This document shows positions 31,101-41,248 of a stretch of DNA of 64,000 nt, piece by piece. A program made the position numbers and the translations under genes. The DNA is from an uncultured Ruminococcus sp. (GTDB lineage Bacteria > Bacillota > Clostridia > Oscillospirales > CAG-272). The DNA lies in contig CACZAZ010000001.1 in assembly GCA_902779285.1 (NCBI GenBank), positions 16,460 to 80,459 on the forward strand. Reading direction: 5' to 3'. The notes below the pieces were generated by a model. It saw nothing but the letters and a program-made list of their open reading frames with translations, made no database searches and was not told the origin of the DNA. Position 1 is the first letter of the stretch, and the number at the start of each line of letters is the position of its first letter.

Positions 31101-31862
31101 TCAGATGCGGAGCGTCAGTTCTTTCGCGACGTCGGCGTATTCCAGCGTCGCCTTCCCGTACGGGTCGTGATAGCAGAGCGGCGTTCCGTAACTCGGCGCC
31201 TCCGACACCTTCACGCTCCGCGTGATCGGGGTCGAAAAGAGTTTGTCGGCGTAATACCGCTTCAAATCGTCCACCACCTGCTTGGTCTGGGTCAGCCGTC
31301 CGTTATACATCGTGAGCAGAAGCCCGACGATCTCGAGTTTCGGGTTGGTCTTCTGGCGCACCCGGCGGATGGTCACGAGCAGCTGCGACAGACCCTCCAT
31401 CGAGTAGAACTCGCATTGCATCGGGATCACCACCCCGTCCGCCGCCGTCAGCACCGCGACCGTGATCATCCCGAGCGAGGGCGGGCAGTCGATAAAGACG
31501 TAGTCGAAGAGCGGAAGGATCGGCGCGATCACCTCGCGCAGCACCTTTTCGCGCGACTCCATCTCGAACATATCGTGTTCCACCCCGGCGAGGTCGAGCG
31601 ACGAGGGGATGATCCAGAGATTCTTGTAGTTGGTACGCACCAGGGCCTCGTTCGCCGTACACGCCCCGACGATCACCTCGTAGACGTTGTGCGGGGCGCT
31701 CCGTTTGCTGACGTTGACCCCGGTCGTGGCGTTGCCCTGCGGATCCATATCGATCAGCAGGACGTTTTTGCCCTTGTTGGCGACGGCGGCGGCGATATTC
31801 ACGCAGGACGTGGTCTTGCCCACGCCGCCCTTCTGGTTGGAAAACGCGATGATCTTTGCCAT
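31101..31862 (-). CDS. soj: Chromosome partitioning ATPase ParA/Soj
   Basis: MAKIIAFSNQKGGVGKTT is the deviant Walker A. 253 aa. Confidence 0.93.
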   Translation of the reverse strand: MAKIIAFSNQKGGVGKTTSCVNIAAAVANKGKNVLLIDMDPQGNATTGVNVSKRSAPHNVYEVIVGACTANEALVRTNYKNLWIIPSSLDLAGVEHDMFEMESREKVLREVIAPILPLFDYVFIDCPPSLGMITVAVLTAADGVVIPMQCEFYSMEGLSQLLVTIRRVRQKTNPKLEIVGLLLTMYNGRLTQTKQVVDDLKRYYADKLFSTPITRSVKVSEAPSYGTPLCYHDPYGKATLEYADVAKELTLRI

Positions 31863-31953
31863 ATTGCCCCCTTCGTGTCTCGGTCCTGACGACGGGATCC
31901 GTCGTCTCTTATATTATAGTACGCCGCGAAAGGAAAGTCAACCGTCGCGCGCC

Positions 31954-31969
31954 TGTTTCACGTGAAACA
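31954..31969. promoter_or_regulatory. parS: parS centromere-like site
   Basis: TGTTTCACGTGAAACA, a second perfect copy, lies upstream of soj. Confidence 0.9.
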
Positions 31970-31984
31970 AACCGAAAACCGTCC

Positions 31985-32013
31985 TTGACATCCCGCTCGC
32001 GCGGTGATATAAT
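31985..32013 (+). promoter_or_regulatory. sigmaA-type promoter for the CaCA transporter gene
   Basis: TTGACA-17 nt-TGaTATAAT (extended -10). Confidence 0.65.
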
Positions 32014-32041
32014 AACAAGGTAATTTGTCGAACGGAAAGGA

Positions 32042-33118
32042 CTGATCAAAATACCGTCCCTGATCCCTATTGAAAATCTGCCCGTCGCCCTGATCTGCCT
32101 GGTCGTTTCGATCGCGGTCATCGTCAAGGGCGGCGACGTGTTCGTTTCCTCCGCTTCCTGGATGGCGGAGGTCTCGGGCGTCCCGAAACTGATCGTCGGC
32201 GCGACCATCGTGAGCTTGGCGACCACCCTCCCCGAAATACTGGTCTCGGCGTTCTCCGCGGCGTCCGCGAGAGCGACCGGCGACCCCGCCTATATCGATA
32301 TGGCGATCGGAAACGCGGTCGGATCGGTAACGGCGAACACCGGGCTGATCTTAGCGATCGCCCTGATGTTTATGGCGGGCGCGATCAGACGGCGCGACTA
32401 TCTTTTGAAGTCCTGCCTGTTCGTCGGCGCCGGCGCCGTGATCGCCGCGTTCGGCGCGACCGGAAAACTCGGTCTCGTTCCGAGTCTGCTTCTGCTTGCC
32501 GTTTTCGCCTTCGCGATGACCGAGAACGTGGTCGTCGCCGCGCGGCAGGTCCGCTCCGCGAAAGCGGAGGCGAACGGCGAAAAGTCGGCAGACGCCGAGC
32601 CGCCGGCGGACCTTGATCTTGAAAAACCGAAGGCGACCGGGAAACTCTGGCTGAAAAACGTGCTGCTGTTCCTCGTCGGCGCCGCCGCGATCGGGATCGG
32701 CGCAAACGTGCTTGTGAACAGCGCGGAATACGTGGCGAAGGCGGCGAACGTCCCCGAACGGGTGATCGCCGTGACCATCCTCGCCGTCGGCACCTCGCTC
32801 CCCGAACTCGTCACGACGGTCGCCGCCGTTGTCCACAAGGAAATGTCGCTCTCCGCGGGCAACATTATCGGCGCGAACATTATCGATATGACGCTCATCA
32901 TGCCGGTCTGCTGCCTGATCTCGGGAACGGCGCTGCCCGTCACCAGACAGGTCGGACGGATCGACCTCCCCGTGGTGCTGATCGTCGCGCTGGTCGCCCT
33001 TCTTCCCGCGCTGATCAAAAAACGCTTTATGAAGTGGCAGGGCTTCGCCCTCCTCGGCGTCTACGTCGTTTATTTGATTTTGACCTGCTTCTTCGGAGAG
33101 CAGATCGCCGCTCTTTGA
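32042..33118 (+). CDS. Sodium/calcium exchanger (CaCA, YrbG-like) membrane protein
   Basis: Two alpha-repeats are present (GATIVSLATTLPE and AVGTSLPE). The conserved TM1 lies upstream of the first GTG (32138) and there is no canonical start there, so the 5' end is uncertain. Confidence 0.75.
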   Translation: MIKIPSLIPIENLPVALICLVVSIAVIVKGGDVFVSSASWMAEVSGVPKLIVGATIVSLATTLPEILVSAFSAASARATGDPAYIDMAIGNAVGSVTANTGLILAIALMFMAGAIRRRDYLLKSCLFVGAGAVIAAFGATGKLGLVPSLLLLAVFAFAMTENVVVAARQVRSAKAEANGEKSADAEPPADLDLEKPKATGKLWLKNVLLFLVGAAAIGIGANVLVNSAEYVAKAANVPERVIAVTILAVGTSLPELVTTVAAVVHKEMSLSAGNIIGANIIDMTLIMPVCCLISGTALPVTRQVGRIDLPVVLIVALVALLPALIKKRFMKWQGFALLGVYVVYLILTCFFGEQIAAL

Positions 33119-33155
33119 CTCCACACAATAACAAACTTTGACTCCCCGCAATAAC

Positions 33156-33195
33156 AAAACCCCGCTTGCAGATCGCAAGCGGGGTTTTGTTGTTT
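33156..33195. terminator. Bidirectional rho-independent terminator
   Basis: AAAACCCCGCTTGC-AGAT-CGCAAGCGGGGTTTT between convergent genes. Confidence 0.8.
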
Positions 33196-33246
33196 AAAGT
33201 CGTTGTTTCTTTAAGTTCGCGGGGATAAACGGTTCCCGGCGGCGCG

Positions 33247-34353
33247 TCATTGCGGCGTCGGCGCCGCGCCGTATCCGAATCTCGTGACGGTAAAGTTTTC
33301 CGCGCCGAGCACGGGGAACTCCTTTTTGCCCCAGGGCTTGTGCCAGTAGACCCATCCGCGCAGACGGTTCTCGGCGTCGCGCACGCCGTAAACGAGTTGA
33401 TCGACCGCCGGACGAAGCCCGGTGCCGCACTCGAAGTTCAGCGAGCCGACGATCACGTTGCAGCGCCCCTTCTTGTTGCCGTAGAGTTCAACGTCGGTCG
33501 TGGAGAGGATGACCGCGTTGTGCTGCGCGACGATATGGTTGATGACCGACAGATGCGAGGCGTCGTGGAAGGTGATCCCCTCCTCGCAGTTGTGGACGTA
33601 GAGATAGTCCGCGACGACGTGTTCGCCGAGCACGAATCCGTACTTAAAGCCCTGAGACGCGACGTTGTGCATCACGTTGTCGTCGTTCTGGTCGTTCGAC
33701 ATGATCAGCCCCGCGACGTGGCAGGGATTCGGCATCAGTTCTTTTCCGAGTTCGGTGTCCCCGACGTTTTCGGACAGACAGAACTGCGAATTTTCGACGT
33801 TCGCCCGCGACACGTTGCCGAGGTTGACCCCGCCCTGCGTCGGGTACATCTTGTCCTTGTCCAGTTTGACGGCGAACTCGAGATTGAAGATCGAGAACGA
33901 GCCGACGCTGAACCGTCCCGCGTAGCCGTCGCCCTGCGGAGCCGACAGGATCGACCAGGGACGCGCCGTCGGATCGTGTTCCTCGGGGGGAGTCCAATCC
34001 GAGAAGATCCGGACGTTGACGCGGCTCTGCCCCCCGAACTTGGTCGGGTCGTTGTACCCGTCGTCCTTCGGTCTCACCTGATAGGAATAGAGCAGTTTGC
34101 AGGGCATCTCGCCCTCGAGCTGGATATTGTGCGTTCCCCGCGGGATATACAGCTGCGAGCGCAGCGGGCGCCCGTCGATCTCCTCGATGCCGGGCGACGC
34201 GATCCGGTAACCCCCCTTCGTGAAGGGAAAGAGCAGTTTTCCGCCGCCGCGTTCCGCGAGGAAGTTGATGCCCTTTTGGATCGCCGCGGTATCGTCCGCG
34301 ACGCCGTCTCCGACCGCCCCGAACTCGAATACCGAATAACCGAAAGACGCCAT
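33247..34353 (-). CDS. Right-handed beta-helix (pectate-lyase-fold, GH28/GH55-related) protein
   Basis: The N-terminus SVFEFGAVGDGVADDTAAIQKGINFLAERGGGKLLFP is the Pectate_lyase_3-type motif. Confidence 0.65.
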   Translation of the reverse strand: MASFGYSVFEFGAVGDGVADDTAAIQKGINFLAERGGGKLLFPFTKGGYRIASPGIEEIDGRPLRSQLYIPRGTHNIQLEGEMPCKLLYSYQVRPKDDGYNDPTKFGGQSRVNVRIFSDWTPPEEHDPTARPWSILSAPQGDGYAGRFSVGSFSIFNLEFAVKLDKDKMYPTQGGVNLGNVSRANVENSQFCLSENVGDTELGKELMPNPCHVAGLIMSNDQNDDNVMHNVASQGFKYGFVLGEHVVADYLYVHNCEEGITFHDASHLSVINHIVAQHNAVILSTTDVELYGNKKGRCNVIVGSLNFECGTGLRPAVDQLVYGVRDAENRLRGWVYWHKPWGKKEFPVLGAENFTVTRFGYGAAPTPQ

Positions 34354-34419
34354 AGAGAATACCTCCGAAAAAACGATTTACAAATTTTTACAAACGCCCG
34401 GCGTTCGCCGCGGGCGGGA

Positions 34420-37400
34420 TCAAAGCGAGACCTCGACCGCCCGCCCGAGGCAGAGGGGATAGAGCAGGATCCGATCGGGCTTCCGCCCGAGCATCTTTTC
34501 GACCGCGATCGCGTAGTAGCGGAGCTGTTCGCGGTGCCGCAGGACGAAGGCGTTGATCTCGTCGTCGCTTGCGCGGACGCCGCCCTTCAGCCGATCGGTC
34601 TTGTAGTCGAGCAGCACCAGTTCGCCGCCCGCCGTCGTGAACGCGCAGTCCATCACGCCCTGCACCAGAACGGTCTGTTTCTCCAGCTTTTCTTTCTGAT
34701 CGGGATCTTTCGTAAAATTCGACGCGGGCATCATCATATTGAAGCGGAGTTCGCGCTGCATCCACGTCCGCGAGAGCATTTCATCCAGCAGAGCGGACGA
34801 ACGGAACATCTCAAGCTCGGACAGATTGACGAGATCGCGGGTCTCTTTTGTCAAAAACCCCCCCTTGGACAGCCGTTCAAGCTCGACCTCCGCCCCGTTC
34901 TTCCGGAGTTGTTCGAGGTCGCAGAACTGCAGGAACAGATGCGTCGCCGTTCCGCGCAGGGCGGGATCGCCGGCGCCTTTTCTACGGGAGGCGGCGCCCT
35001 CGGCGGAGAGTTTTTTCTCCTGCTTCTTTTTGTCGTCGAGGGTCGCCGTTCCCTCGTTCGCGCCGTCGAGGACGGAGGGGGAGAGGACCGAGACCGAGAG
35101 TTTCCCCGGCACCGTGCCGAGCCAGGGATCCGGGTAGGATTCTTTGAATCGTTCCTTGAGCTGCTCGCACGCCTCGTCTTCGGTCAGAAGCGTCCCGTCC
35201 TCCGAAGGGATGGTCGGGACGGGCTCCGGCGCCGCCGTTTTTTCTCCCGCGGCGGGGGAACCGGAGAGGTCGGCTTCCGCGCCTGCCTCCGCCGCTTCGG
35301 GCTCTTTCGAAACGGGCGTTTCGCCGGTCGTCTTAACGTCGGACGTCTCTGCGGCGGGATCCGTTTCGTCGGGCTGCTTCGGCTCGTCTTCCGGCAGGAT
35401 CACCGTCGCCAGCTTCGACCCCTCCCCGCCGATCGCGCGGACGATCAGATCGAACATCCCGGGGCCGTAGATCGCGTCGGTGCGGGTGATGGGCGAGACG
35501 TCGGAATATTTTTCGCGCCGATTGTCGATATTCGCGTTGTTCGGGACGGAGGCGGTCACGTAGAGACGCTCGCGCGCCCGCGTCAGCGCGACGTAAAAGA
35601 CGCGGAACTCTTCCTCTTTGTCGAGGATCGACAAATCAAGTTCGGCGATCCGTCGGAACGGCGTGTCGATCCGCGCAAGCCCGGTCTGCTCGTCGCGGAC
35701 CTTCGTCGTCAGCCCGAAACGCGCGTTGAACGAAACGTTCCGGTCGGTCGTTATGCCGTGGGTTTGGGTCGAGGTCGGGACGCGCGAAACGAAGACGACC
35801 GGGCTTTCCAGTCCTTTGGAGTGGTGGATGGTCATGATCTTGACCCCGCCGGCGGTCGCCGGCGGCTGCAGATCGGGCGACTTCCCGATCGCCGCCATGT
35901 CGTTCATATAGGAAACGAAACGGTAAAGCCCCCGGAAGGAGGTCGCCTCGAACGAGCGCGCGTACTGATAGAACAGGAGCAGGTTCTCGCGGCCCGCCGC
36001 GGGGTTGGTCGCGCCGCCGATCGGGAGAAGCCCGGTCTCGGTAAACAGTTTCAGGATCAGCCGGTCGACCGGCATCCCCTCCGCCGCGCGGCGGAAGGAT
36101 TCCAGTTGACGGAGGAAACGTTCGCCGGCTTCAAACGGCTCGCTTTCCCTGCGCGCTTTGACGTACTTGACGAGAGAATCGTAGAAGGGCTCGCCGGGGA
36201 CGTCCGACGCCCGTTTGATCTCGGTCAGGATCGCGGGTGTGAACCCCTCGCAGAGCGGAGAGAGCAAAAGACCGACCAGGGGAATATCGCGGCGGGGGTT
36301 GTCCACCGTGTTGAGCAGGCAGAGCGCGAGCCGGATCTCGGGCGCGTCGAACAGGTCGCCGCTGATCTCGATCGAGGCGGGGACGCCCCGCTTTTCAAGA
36401 GAGGCGCGGAACGCCGGCGCGGGATCCGCTTTGCGGAGCAGGATGACGACGTCCTCCGGCTTGATCGGAATGAAACGGGGCTGCTTTTCCGGCTTCTCCT
36501 CGTCCCATTCCGGGTTCGGCCGGGTGCAGGTATCGATCAGGCGCCGGATCTCTTCCGCGACCCACGCGCATTCGGGATCCTCCGGCGCCGGCCCCCGTTC
36601 GTTCTTCGGGGAGCGGAACAGGCGGACGACCGGGAGCACGGGCTCCGGCAGACGCTCCTCGGGTACCTTTGCGAACGCGAGATCGTCCTCGGGCGTGTAT
36701 CCGATCGAGTCCCCGATCGCGGAAAACAGCGGATGAAACACGCCGTTGACAAAGTCGACGATCGGCTCTTCGCACCGATAATTATTTGAGAGAAAGACCG
36801 TCGCCTCGGGGCCGTCCCCCGCACGCGACAGGGGCGGGAACTCCTTTTTCAGGCTGATGAAAATGGTGGGGTCCGCCCGCCGGAAACGGTAAATGCTCTG
36901 TTTGACGTCTCCGACGAGGAACAGGTTGCGTTCCCGGGAGATCGCCTTGAAGATCGCGTGCTGGATCGGGTTGATGTCCTGATACTCGTCGACGAAGATC
37001 GCGTCGTAACGGGAGGCGAGTTCCTCGGCGGCGGGGGTCCTCTCCCCTGTTTCGGGGTCGATCAGAAGATCGAGGGCGGCGCGCTCGATGTCGGCAAACG
37101 ACGCGCCGTTGATCCGCTGCTTTTCGATCCTGACCAGTTCGTTGAACCGGCGGACGGCTTTGGCGATCAGTTCCGAGAGCGGAAGATGGGTCGCGGCTTC
37201 GGTTTTCCAGTCCTCCTCGGTCGGGAGGAAGAGGGGGAGGAACCGGGCGCAGAGGTCGCTATAGAGTCTTTTGAACCCCGCGTTGATCAGCGGGCGGTAC
37301 TCCTTCGACGTCGCGTTATACGGACGCTTGTTCAGTTTGATATTGATCGGGGATTTCTCGTCGTCGCAGTAGGTGCAAACGAACTCCCGCGCCTCGCCGT

Positions 37401-38244
37401 AGGTGACGGAGGGGGCGGCGGATCCGAAGCGGCGGCATTTTTCGAGCGCGCCGTCGATCGCGGGCTCGAGCGCTTCTTTCACGGCGTCGGTCTCCCCGGC
37501 AAGCTCGTCGCGCATCGTTTCGAGCGGCGCGATCGCGTCGCGGCACCGCTCCGCCAGACGAGCGAGCAGGGCCTTTCCGTATTCGGTCTTTTCGGGCGGC
37601 TGCTCGCACGCCTCCTCGATCATACGGACGTAATCGTCGAGTTTCTTTTCGCCCTCCGGAAAATTGTCCGCCTCGCTCGAGACTTTGAGAAAGATATCCT
37701 CAATCTCCTTCTGGTGCTTCGATTCAACGACCTGCGACGCGAACTCGCAGAAGGCGTCGCCGCTCGCGACGGAGCCCTCCCTCCCGTCGTACAGGCGGTC
37801 GATCAGCGCTTCGAGCACGGCGCGGCGCAGAGGACCCTCGTCGCTGCCGCCGAGCACGCGGCAGTTCGGACGGATCCCCGTCAGGTCGGAAAACTCCGAG
37901 GCGATCCGGCGGCAGAAACTGTCGATCGTGCCGACGTCTGCGCTCGGGAGCAGAAGAAGTTGTTCGGGGAGCCGGGGATCGGAGGGGTTTTTCCGGATCT
38001 TTTCGATCATCGTCTCGGACAGTTTTTTCTTCAGGTCGTCCGCCGCCGCGACGGTGAAGGTGACGATCGCCATCCGCGTAATGTCGCACGGGTTAACGGG
38101 ATCGGTCAGCATCCGGAGCACCCGCTCGGTCAGCGTGGCGGTCTTTCCCGACCCCGCGGCGGCGGCGACGAGCAGCGTCTTGTCGAGGGTCTCGAACGCG
38201 GCGCGCTGTTCGGCGCTCCAGTCGCGGATCTTCTTCTTCGGCAT
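34420..38244 (-). CDS. addA: AddA-like UvrD-family helicase fused to a C-terminal PD-(D/E)XK nuclease
   Basis: The start was moved to the ATG at 38244, which follows AAGGAG. Walker A is AAAGSGKT. UvrD motifs are present. The C-terminus GVMDCAF...LLDYKTD is the AddA nuclease motif. 1274 aa. Confidence 0.85.
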   Translation of the reverse strand: MPKKKIRDWSAEQRAAFETLDKTLLVAAAAGSGKTATLTERVLRMLTDPVNPCDITRMAIVTFTVAAADDLKKKLSETMIEKIRKNPSDPRLPEQLLLLPSADVGTIDSFCRRIASEFSDLTGIRPNCRVLGGSDEGPLRRAVLEALIDRLYDGREGSVASGDAFCEFASQVVESKHQKEIEDIFLKVSSEADNFPEGEKKLDDYVRMIEEACEQPPEKTEYGKALLARLAERCRDAIAPLETMRDELAGETDAVKEALEPAIDGALEKCRRFGSAAPSVTYGEAREFVCTYCDDEKSPINIKLNKRPYNATSKEYRPLINAGFKRLYSDLCARFLPLFLPTEEDWKTEAATHLPLSELIAKAVRRFNELVRIEKQRINGASFADIERAALDLLIDPETGERTPAAEELASRYDAIFVDEYQDINPIQHAIFKAISRERNLFLVGDVKQSIYRFRRADPTIFISLKKEFPPLSRAGDGPEATVFLSNNYRCEEPIVDFVNGVFHPLFSAIGDSIGYTPEDDLAFAKVPEERLPEPVLPVVRLFRSPKNERGPAPEDPECAWVAEEIRRLIDTCTRPNPEWDEEKPEKQPRFIPIKPEDVVILLRKADPAPAFRASLEKRGVPASIEISGDLFDAPEIRLALCLLNTVDNPRRDIPLVGLLLSPLCEGFTPAILTEIKRASDVPGEPFYDSLVKYVKARRESEPFEAGERFLRQLESFRRAAEGMPVDRLILKLFTETGLLPIGGATNPAAGRENLLLFYQYARSFEATSFRGLYRFVSYMNDMAAIGKSPDLQPPATAGGVKIMTIHHSKGLESPVVFVSRVPTSTQTHGITTDRNVSFNARFGLTTKVRDEQTGLARIDTPFRRIAELDLSILDKEEEFRVFYVALTRARERLYVTASVPNNANIDNRREKYSDVSPITRTDAIYGPGMFDLIVRAIGGEGSKLATVILPEDEPKQPDETDPAAETSDVKTTGETPVSKEPEAAEAGAEADLSGSPAAGEKTAAPEPVPTIPSEDGTLLTEDEACEQLKERFKESYPDPWLGTVPGKLSVSVLSPSVLDGANEGTATLDDKKKQEKKLSAEGAASRRKGAGDPALRGTATHLFLQFCDLEQLRKNGAEVELERLSKGGFLTKETRDLVNLSELEMFRSSALLDEMLSRTWMQRELRFNMMMPASNFTKDPDQKEKLEKQTVLVQGVMDCAFTTAGGELVLLDYKTDRLKGGVRASDDEINAFVLRHREQLRYYAIAVEKMLGRKPDRILLYPLCLGRAVEVSL

Positions 38245-38273
38245 AACGGGCTCCTTTCGGTGTCTGTCGGGGG

Positions 38274-39188
38274 TTACAGGTCGAACTGACGGAGCGGCGC
38301 GATCACCGTTCCGGTCTCGTTTCTTTTTTCGTCCGGCTCTTTCGCTTCCGCGAGCGCGAAGAACACGCCGCCGTCGTAAAGCCGGAAACGCGTTCCGGGG
38401 AGGACCCCGCCGAGCCCGAATTTTTTCGCCTCGATCCGAAGACCGTTGCGGAACAGCCGGACGAAGAACGGGGCGGGCGAGAGTTTTGGAGCGGAGGGGA
38501 ACAGATCCTCGGTCGGGATCACGCGGGAGACGCGCTCGGCGTCGGTCATCTCCGCCAACTCGTCGGGGGTCGCGGCGTCGGCAAGCGTATACCCGCACGC
38601 CTCGACCCGCGAAAGAGACGACATCATCCCGCCGCATCCGAGCGCCCGTCCGATATCGGCGCAGAGCGTGCGGATATAGGTCCCCTTCGACACGACGGCG
38701 TCGAGGGCGTAGTTCCGTTCGTCGATCTTCCGGGCGTCAAGACGGTAGATCGTGACGGTGCGCGGCTGCCGTTCGACCGTCTCCCCCCGGCGGGCGAGAT
38801 CGACCAGTTTGCGCCCCCCGACTTTCAGCGCGGAGTACATCGGCGGGATCTGCCCGATCGTTCCCCGAAAGCGGGAAACGACCTCAAAAACCGCGGCTTC
38901 GTCCGGGATCGCGTCGGACCGCTCCAAAACCGCCCCGGTCCTGTCCTCGGTATCGGTCGAAACGCCGAGCGTCAGCGTCGCGCGGTAATGCTTGTCCGAT
39001 TCGGTAAGGAACTCCGCCGCTTTGACCGCCCGCCCGACGAGGACGGGAAGCACCCCCGACGCGAGCGGATCGAGCGTTCCGGTATGCCCCGCCTTCTCCA
39101 CGCCGAAAAGCCGCCGGACGCGGGCGACCGCGGCGTGCGAGGTAATGGATTCCGGCTTGTTGACGACGATCAGACCGCTGATCTCCAT
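38274..39188 (-). CDS. truB: tRNA pseudouridine(55) synthase
   Basis: The start was moved to the ATG at 39188, which follows AAGGAG. GLIVVNKPESITSH and GHTGTLDPLASGVLPV are the catalytic motifs. Confidence 0.9.
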   Translation of the reverse strand: MEISGLIVVNKPESITSHAAVARVRRLFGVEKAGHTGTLDPLASGVLPVLVGRAVKAAEFLTESDKHYRATLTLGVSTDTEDRTGAVLERSDAIPDEAAVFEVVSRFRGTIGQIPPMYSALKVGGRKLVDLARRGETVERQPRTVTIYRLDARKIDERNYALDAVVSKGTYIRTLCADIGRALGCGGMMSSLSRVEACGYTLADAATPDELAEMTDAERVSRVIPTEDLFPSAPKLSPAPFFVRLFRNGLRIEAKKFGLGGVLPGTRFRLYDGGVFFALAEAKEPDEKRNETGTVIAPLRQFDL

Positions 39189-39448
39189 GCGGCGCTCCTT
39201 TTCGGCAAATTTTATACGGGATGTAAACAATTCTTTACAAACGGTTTCCCGCCCCCTCGTCGGAGAGGGATCGGGTCGCTCGTCGGCCCGGGCAAGGAGC
39301 GTAAAGTTTTCTTTGAGCGCCGCCGCGGAGAGCGGGGCGGCCGCTTCCCGGATCCCGGGGAGGGGATCACGTTCCTTTCGGGCGGTCGAGTTCTTGTTCC
39401 AGTATATCATATTTTCTTATTTCTTGCAAGAATTCGCGTGGAAAAACC

Positions 39449-39477
39449 TTGATATTTTTTCAACAATATTGTATAAT
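39449..39477 (+). promoter_or_regulatory. sigmaA-type promoter for the ACT/UPF0210 operon
   Basis: TTGATA-17 nt-TATAAT. Confidence 0.65.
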
Positions 39478-39531
39478 CGAAAAGGATCGCTCCCCGGGGA
39501 AAACAAAGGGGAGGATCGGGAGGAGAATGAT

Positions 39532-39804
39532 ATGAAAGCAGTCATCACCGTGATCGGACGGGACAAGGTCGGCATCATCGCGACGGTTTCGGTCGCGTGT
39601 TCGGGTTTCGGCGTCAACATCGTCGATATCAGCCAGACCGTCCTCGACGGGTATTTCGCTATGATCATGCTGGTCGAACTCGGCGGGATGAAGGAGAGTT
39701 CGTTCCTTGAATTCTCGGCGGCGCTGAAGAAGATCGGCGAGGAGAACGCGGTGGATATCCGCGTGATGCACGAGGACATCTTCAACTCGATGCACAGGAT
39801 CTGA
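39532..39804 (+). CDS. ACT-domain protein (UPF0237)
   Basis: 90 aa (MKAVITVIGRDKVGIIATVS). Only the last 90 codons of track ORF 38992..39804 are coding. The SD is GGGAGGAG. Confidence 0.85.
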   Translation: MKAVITVIGRDKVGIIATVSVACSGFGVNIVDISQTVLDGYFAMIMLVELGGMKESSFLEFSAALKKIGEENAVDIRVMHEDIFNSMHRI

Positions 39805-39819
39805 CGCGGGAGACGAACC

Positions 39820-41178
39820 ATGCTGAACATACAGGATATTCTGGAAACCGTCCGCATGATCCGGGAAGAGAATCTCGACGTGCGGACCGTAACGATGGGG
39901 ATCTCGCTTTTCGACTGCGTCAGCGACGACCGGGCGCGGCTCGAGCAAAAGATCTACGATAAACTGACCAAGACCGCCGAAAAACTGGTTCCGGTCGCCC
40001 GGGAGATCGAAGCCGAGTACGGCATCCCGATCGTGAACAAGCGGATCTCGGTCACCCCTCTTTCGCTCGTGGCGCCGGGCGCTTCGCCGGAGGATTTCGT
40101 GCGGCTGGCGGAGGTACTCCAGCGCGCCGCGTCGAATCTCGGCGTGAACTTTATCGGCGGCTATTCGGCGTTCGTGCAGAAGGGGATGACCCGCGGGGCG
40201 GAGGCGCTGATCGCGTCGATCCCGGAGGCGCTCGCCGTGACCGAGAACGTCTGCTCTTCGGTGAACGTCGCCTCGACCAAAGCCGGGATCAATATGGACG
40301 CGGTCAACCTGATGGGACGGATCGTGAAACAGACCTCGCTCCGTACCGCCGACCGCGACTCGCTCGGATGCGCGAAGCTCGTCGTGTTCTCCAATATGCC
40401 GGAGGACAACCCGTTTATGGCGGGCGCGGTCCACGGGATCGGGGAGCCCGATTCGGTCGTCAACGTCGGCGTCAGCGGACCCGGCGTGGTCGCCGCCGCC
40501 GTCAGAGAGGCGGGGGACTGCGACTTCTCCGCGCTTGCCGAAACCGTGAAGCGCATCGCGTTCAAGATCACCCGCGTCGGACAGCTCGTCGCTTCGGAGG
40601 CGGCGAAACGGCTTAACGTTCCCTACGGGATCGTCGACCTGTCGCTCGCGCCGACCCCCGCCGCCGGAGACTCGGTCGCGGAGATCCTCGAAAATATGGG
40701 GCTGGAACGCTGCGGCACCCACGGCACCACCGCCGCGCTCGCTCTGCTGAACGACGCGGTGAAAAAGGGCGGCGTGATGGCGTCGGGACACGTCGGAGGG
40801 CTCTCCGGCGCGTTCATCCCGGTCTCGGAGGACCGCGGGATGATCGACGCGGTGAAGGCGGGAACGCTCTCGCTCTCCAAACTCGAGGCGATGACCGCGG
40901 TCTGCTCGGTCGGGCTCGATATGATCGCCGTTCCGGGCGACACGACCGCCGAGACCATCGCGGGTATTATCGCGGACGAGATCTCGATCGGTGTCGTGAA
41001 CAACAAGACCACCGCCGTCCGCCTGATCCCGGTCGCGGGCAAGGGCGTCGGGGAGGTCGCGAACTTCGGCGGGCTGCTCGGCTACGCCCCCATCATGGAA
41101 CTGAAAAACGAGTCCTGCGCGGCGTTCGTATCCCGCGGCGGACGGATCCCCGCGCCGATCCACTCTCTGAGAAACTGA
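39820..41178 (+). CDS. UPF0210 / PFL-family protein (DUF711)
   Basis: 452 aa ([30 protein letters not shown]). It is the conserved partner of the UPF0237 ACT protein. Confidence 0.85.
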   Translation: MLNIQDILETVRMIREENLDVRTVTMGISLFDCVSDDRARLEQKIYDKLTKTAEKLVPVAREIEAEYGIPIVNKRISVTPLSLVAPGASPEDFVRLAEVLQRAASNLGVNFIGGYSAFVQKGMTRGAEALIASIPEALAVTENVCSSVNVASTKAGINMDAVNLMGRIVKQTSLRTADRDSLGCAKLVVFSNMPEDNPFMAGAVHGIGEPDSVVNVGVSGPGVVAAAVREAGDCDFSALAETVKRIAFKITRVGQLVASEAAKRLNVPYGIVDLSLAPTPAAGDSVAEILENMGLERCGTHGTTAALALLNDAVKKGGVMASGHVGGLSGAFIPVSEDRGMIDAVKAGTLSLSKLEAMTAVCSVGLDMIAVPGDTTAETIAGIIADEISIGVVNNKTTAVRLIPVAGKGVGEVANFGGLLGYAPIMELKNESCAAFVSRGGRIPAPIHSLRN

Positions 41179-41248
41179 CGCTGCCCCCTTGCAAACGGGG
41201 GAAAGGTCCCGTATCATAATACCATACACGCCAAACGGAGGTACCGCG

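Noticed and set aside
33250-36789. 1179-aa plus-strand ORF, and similar ones (1561..2802-, 3772..5394-, 17797..19359-, 19477..20859-, 24797..26929+, 36958..38289+, 39460..41478-, 46181..47845+, 48010..49911-, 51003..53546-, 57059..58669-, 58730..60703-)
   Set aside because: All lie antisense to, or out of frame with, genes that have clear family signatures. Their composition is typical of GC-rich shadow frames.
38992-39531. Upstream 180 codons of track ORF 38992..39804
   Set aside because: This part is antisense to truB and its promoter region. Only the last 90 codons, starting after a GGGAGGAG SD, form the ACT-domain protein.
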